Assembly: GCA_011109175.1 (NCBI GenBank)
Contig: RDEW01000002.1
Span: forward strand, 418,759 to 473,887
Length of the DNA stretch: 55,129 bases
Source: Dicyema japonicum
Lineage: Eukaryota > Animalia > Dicyemida
Direction: 5' to 3'
Below the pieces are notes generated by a model. That model did no database searches, was not told the DNA's origin, and saw nothing but the letters and a program-made list of their open reading frames with translations. Below are positions 52,200 through 55,129 of the stretch, piece after piece. Every line of letters begins with the position of its first letter. The first letter of the stretch is position 1. A program made the position numbers and the translations under genes.

Positions 52200-52740
52200 G
52201 CTTTTCATGGGAGAGCATTGACCCTATTATGATACAATTATATTCGATAATGTTCATATTTTATTTAGGTCGTATTTTGAGAGTTTTTTAGCAAATATTG
52301 AGAAGTGATGCTACTTCCATTAGTATTATTTCGTTTTTGGATTTATCGTGTACGAAAATGTCAGGTTTGTTATTTTAATTTATGTATCCGTTTGTACTGT
52401 TGTATCGACTCGTATTTAAACTTTACTGTTTGACAAAATCTATTGGACTGTATGCGTCTTTACTCTCATAGTTCTTTTTATTCCAAATTGACGACATAGT
52501 TGCAGGTGTACATCTTACAACATCGTTATGTCGGCGCATATACGTACCGCATATATAATCATCCTGGTTCACCGTGTAGCCTGGTGATCCAAACTTTTTA
52601 TAGATTTTCATATTTTCAAAGAAAAGATTGCGATCCAGAATCATGTAGTACATTGTTTCCGACCTAGGATTATTGTTTCCTCCAGTAAGCCATACTGTTG
52701 ATCCATTGATATTGACATGGTGATTTCAAAACACTTGAAT
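52200..52740 (-). mobile_element. R4-like RLE endonuclease relic
   Basis: YMRRHNDVVRC and NKPDIFVHDKSKNEIILMEVA (PD-(D/E)xK type). Confidence 0.75.
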
Positions 52741-53109
52741 ATAATTGAATGAAGCAATTTCTAATTAGTCTTCTCCAATTAATTCTTCTATTGATATTCC
52801 TTTATAATGTCAGTGTTCAGATTGGTCATCCACATTGTATTTGAGTACAATAAATCATGCGATACTGGTCATATTTGTTTTCCGTTGTTTTAGGACTCGT
52901 AAAATTCCTGCTTTTCGAAAACACATGGAAGATTTTCTCTCGAGGTCATCAAAAATTGAAATAACATGCATTCAGTCTTATCAGAAATTGACTAAATTAA
53001 TTTTTATGATAATGTTTAAGTTAAAAATTTTATCGACCTCGAAGAACACATTTATTAAAAAATAAAAAATTTATTATAATTTTGCCTTTTTGTATCAGTT
53101 TGGATTAAG

Positions 53110-53720
53110 TTTTAATTTTTAAAGAACCACACATTATTTAAAGCTATCTCGTTTAAATTCTCTGACCAATTCAGTGTGATCAATGTCAATATCGTGACCT
53201 ACGTGTCATGAAGTGAGTCTATCCTGAGTTCTTCAGTCTTGGACATCGCCCATGTTGACGAATTTCACAATAAACTGGATTAACAATGGCGTTGTATAGC
53301 CTAAATCGAAATGATAAATCGTTTGCTGTCGATCAGATATTTATAACTTTGTTAAACGCAACAGTAGCAAGGGTTTATCTTCGAAATATTTCGTCACTGT
53401 CACTAAACAAGAACCCAGACTTGTTTGTCTTCCTGACTCATCCAATTTTCTTTTCATTTTCTATTATTGACTACATCATTTGAAAAATATTAATTGTTAG
53501 AAACCATTTATCAAGTTGATTAGTAGACATCGTCTATCCCTCTGTATGAAGTCGACGTAGTCTGCATATATGGACTCAGCTATGCCAACTTCATAAAATT
53601 TTTGAAGATCACGTAGTGACTCTTCCGAGTAAATGACAAACAACAAAGAAGGGAGCCAACTTTAAGGAGTAAAACATTACATAAAAAATCTCTCATAATA
53701 ATTCTGCCAATTCGATTGCT
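53110..53720 (-). mobile_element. RTE LINE RT relic
   Basis: Paralogue of 35090-35720. Confidence 0.65.
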
Positions 53721-54780
53721 GGCTTTATGTTGGAAAAAAAAGATCGTGACAAATTCAAATCTTTTTCCTAAAAATAGCGCTAAGTCACTATCTAACATAA
53801 TCAATACATAACATCAACTCTAATCAATTTTTTATCTCATTCCTAATTAACAAAGTAATCTAATCTTCAAATTAAGACAAAAAGATTAAAAAATATTTCT
53901 TGAATGGAAAGTCATTTAAAATAATCTTCTAACTCGGCTTTGGTGGACTATCATTATTTCCGAGTTGCCACCATCTATGTGGACCATAGTTCATTGTATA
54001 TCCACTACTAGATAAAGTGTAGTGTCCAAGTGCTCATATAATTGACCTTTTTTCGTTGTTTGATTGTAGTCACAGTCCATTCGTAGAATGACTCTGTCTC
54101 CTACATTTAACGATTCTTTATTTTTCCATTTTTTTTCTTTCGTATTTTTTCTGCAGCTACCAAAGTATGCTTTCGTGCAGAATCCCGTGACAAAAATAGG
54201 TCTTCATTTTCCTTATACTGTAGTAATCTTTTTAAGCGTTCATCAGATAATTCGGGCGGATAATCCACTCCATTGAATATCAGGAGCATGTTTGGTGGTC
54301 TCGTGATTGGTAATATTGTAGCTGAATACAATATCTCCCAGACTTGATTGATATTTTCCCAGAGTTCCATCAGTAAAAAAACGGATGATAACCATTTTTA
54401 AAAGATTGATTTAACCTATACATTATAATATAAATGATCAAGATATCCATTTTCTATATATTCGATTATCTGACGAAACTCATCCATGTTCAACCTGAAG
54501 CTTAAAACCATGTGCAGAAATAAACAATTTTTTTTTATTTTTAAATCTTAATAACGTTTTTTGTTAATTAAAAATAATAAATTATCATTAAAATGACACT
54601 CTATTCATATTGAATGATTTTTTTGATACTTTATGTTTTTAAATATTAACGATTTTAACTAAAAATTACACCGTTCAACTAAGAAATTTCTGAATTATCC
54701 AGAGAACTAATTTTTGTTTTGATTGGTTCTTGTGGGGTTCCACGTATGGCGGAGTTCCACATCCTGACGGTGACATTAAA

Positions 54781-55129
54781 TATGATGAATATTACAGATG
54801 CGGATTTATTTCCGTAAATTTCGAGAATGGAATACTCTTACAATACATTCTTTGATAATAGAATATTTCACTAAACAATCATATTCAAAATTTATTAGAA
54901 AAAGATTTGATGTTATTTATTTTAGCAAATGACTGTGAACGATCTACGATCCAAATGTTCGATATTGGTAGTTTATTTCTGAAAATTGACTGAATGCTAT
55001 ATTAACTGGGCATTTTAAAACAACGTTTCTTCATAATCATACTTTTAAAATGGTAAATTGTATATTCTAATATTAGATCAATGATTTGTCAGTTTTTTTC
55101 GAGAATATAAAAACGATGATTAATTTTGA
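54781..55129 (+). pseudogene. LAMP-like gene fragment running off the window end
   Basis: YDEYYRCGFISVNFEN...NDCERSTIQ. 1-nt deletion and the intron-2 donor mutated (AGATTTG instead of AGGTTTG). Confidence 0.7.

Noticed and set aside
730-54370. Most ORF-track entries as independent genes
   Set aside because: They are antisense or off-frame shadows of TE relics, or single exons of the LAMP-like genes that start at non-ATG codons.

Overview
AT-rich eukaryotic DNA in the standard genetic code, not prokaryotic. Most of the window is a graveyard of decayed transposons: non-LTR retrotransposons of at least five lineages (RTE, CRE, R4-like RLE, Jockey/I-like, and an Ingi/Vingi-like family with a 2A-like peptide), hAT and pogo-like DNA transposon relics, a tRNA-Leu-derived SINE, and a ~93-bp tandem array. 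Segmental duplications scramble it: 24.3-35.7 kb is roughly repeated at 40.9-53.7 kb, and 1-4.0 kb is a further copy of 43.9-52.1 kb with an internal deletion. The only recognisable host gene is a six-copy family of LAMP-like type I membrane glycoproteins, split by four tiny 21-27 nt GT-AG introns that the ORF track misses. One copy looks intact (48090-49268, 361 aa after splicing); the others are pseudogenes or fragments. The tiny introns plus the gene type suggest a reduced parasitic animal such as a myxozoan or dicyemid (inference only). Best leads: the LAMP-like family in birth-and-death turnover; a SINE sharing its 3' tail with a resident RTE LINE; a possibly covarying, pseudoknot-like 5' RNA module shared by the 2A-LINE and a short non-coding element; and repeated ~94-117 bp tandem duplications. 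All family calls come from recognising motifs by eye, without database searches. TE relic boundaries are approximate.
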